NCBI RefSeq assembly: GCF_964213995.1
Contig: NC_135811.1
Coordinates: 77,004,001 to 77,068,000 of the forward strand
DNA: 64,000 bases
Source of the DNA: Mustelus asterias
Taxonomy: Eukaryota
Reading direction: 5' to 3'
Below are positions 63,341 through 64,000 of this stretch, piece by piece. The stretch's first letter is position 1, and each line of letters opens with the position of its first letter. A program made the translations under genes and the position numbers. The notes under the pieces were generated by a model. It was not told where the DNA came from. It saw only the letters and a program-made list of their open reading frames with translations, and did no database searches.

Positions 63341-63638
63341 GAATCATAGAATCCCTACAGTGCAGAAGGAGGCCATTCAGCCCATCGGGTCTGCACCAAC
63401 CACAATCCCACCCAGGCCCTATTCCTTTTATTTACCCTGCAAATCCCCCTGACACTAGGGTTTAATTTAACCTGGCCAATCAATCTAACCCTCACATCTT
63501 TGGACTGTGGGAGGAAACCGGAGCATCCAGAGGAAACCCACACAGACACAGGGAGAATGTGCAAACTCCACCTGAGGCCGGAATCAAACCTGGGTCCATG
63601 GCACTGTAAGGCAGCAGTGCTACCCACTGTGCCACCCA
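63341..63638 (-). mobile_element. HE1-like V-SINE
   Basis: head, V-domain, tail. Confidence 0.85.
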
Positions 63639-63840
63639 CGTTAAAAGATTTTTATAGACTCAAAGCCTCTCACCGGAAAGGCTAGATAAGCTTGTCCATG
63701 AGTAAAAACAATTTGTAAATGCAAACTTGGTCAAGCATCTGGCCTCGTAACTTGATCTTAGTGATAGAATATAAAAGCCTAATTGGGAATCCTGTCTCCT
63801 GGGTTAAAGAGGCCATTTTACATCTGACAGGTTCAATATT

Positions 63841-64000
63841 GATGATGTGGAGTTGCCGGCGTTGGACTGGGGTGGGCACAGTAAGTAGTCTCACAACACC
63901 AGGTTAAAGTCCAACAGGTTTATTTGGTAGCACGAACTTTCGGAGCGTTGCCCCTTTGCTCCTTCATCAGGTAAAGGGGCAACGCTCTGAAAGCTCGTGG
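63841..64000 (-). mobile_element. Penelope-like element end with hammerhead-type core (truncated by window edge)
   Basis: minus strand CTGATGA-A-GGAGC…GCTCC-GAAAG followed by AATAAA and tail; inverted arm at 63973-63998. Confidence 0.65.

Noticed and set aside
944-63685. Recurring ORFs such as GGTVVSTAASQ…, CGRKPEHPEETHADT…, CTFSPCLRGFPPGAPVSSH
   Set aside because: Translations of V-SINE copies in various frames, not host proteins

Overview
Eukaryotic, repeat-dense vertebrate DNA, inferred to be shark/elasmobranch because about 30 HE1-like V-SINE copies with CR1-type tails are present. The only host gene I can support is a minus-strand Rho GTPase-activating protein of the ARHGAP9/12/15/27 family, best matching arhgap27. 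I traced 15 coding exons (56470 down to the stop at 2327) with canonical GT-AG ends and consistent phases, giving 679 codons: WW repeats, PH domain, RhoGAP domain. The N-terminal SH3 exon(s) are expected beyond position 64000. Introns are filled with tRNA-derived SINEs, CR1, L2 and Rex1/Babar LINE relics, Penelope-like fold-back ends, PIF/Harbinger-like MITEs and one solo LTR. Almost all ORFs in the supplied track are repeat-derived. Main oddities: (1) a ~310-bp TSD-flanked retroposon with a U2 snRNA head, a second U2 stem-loop I copy carrying an octamer, and several hairpins (7864-8176); (2) a minimal hammerhead-ribozyme core in a Penelope-like end (63934-63972); (3) a tRNA-SINE head continuing directly into a LINE endonuclease (14705-15405); (4) a tail-swapped V-SINE subfamily. 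Repeat family names come from remembered consensus features, not a database search, and repeat boundaries are approximate unless a TSD is given.
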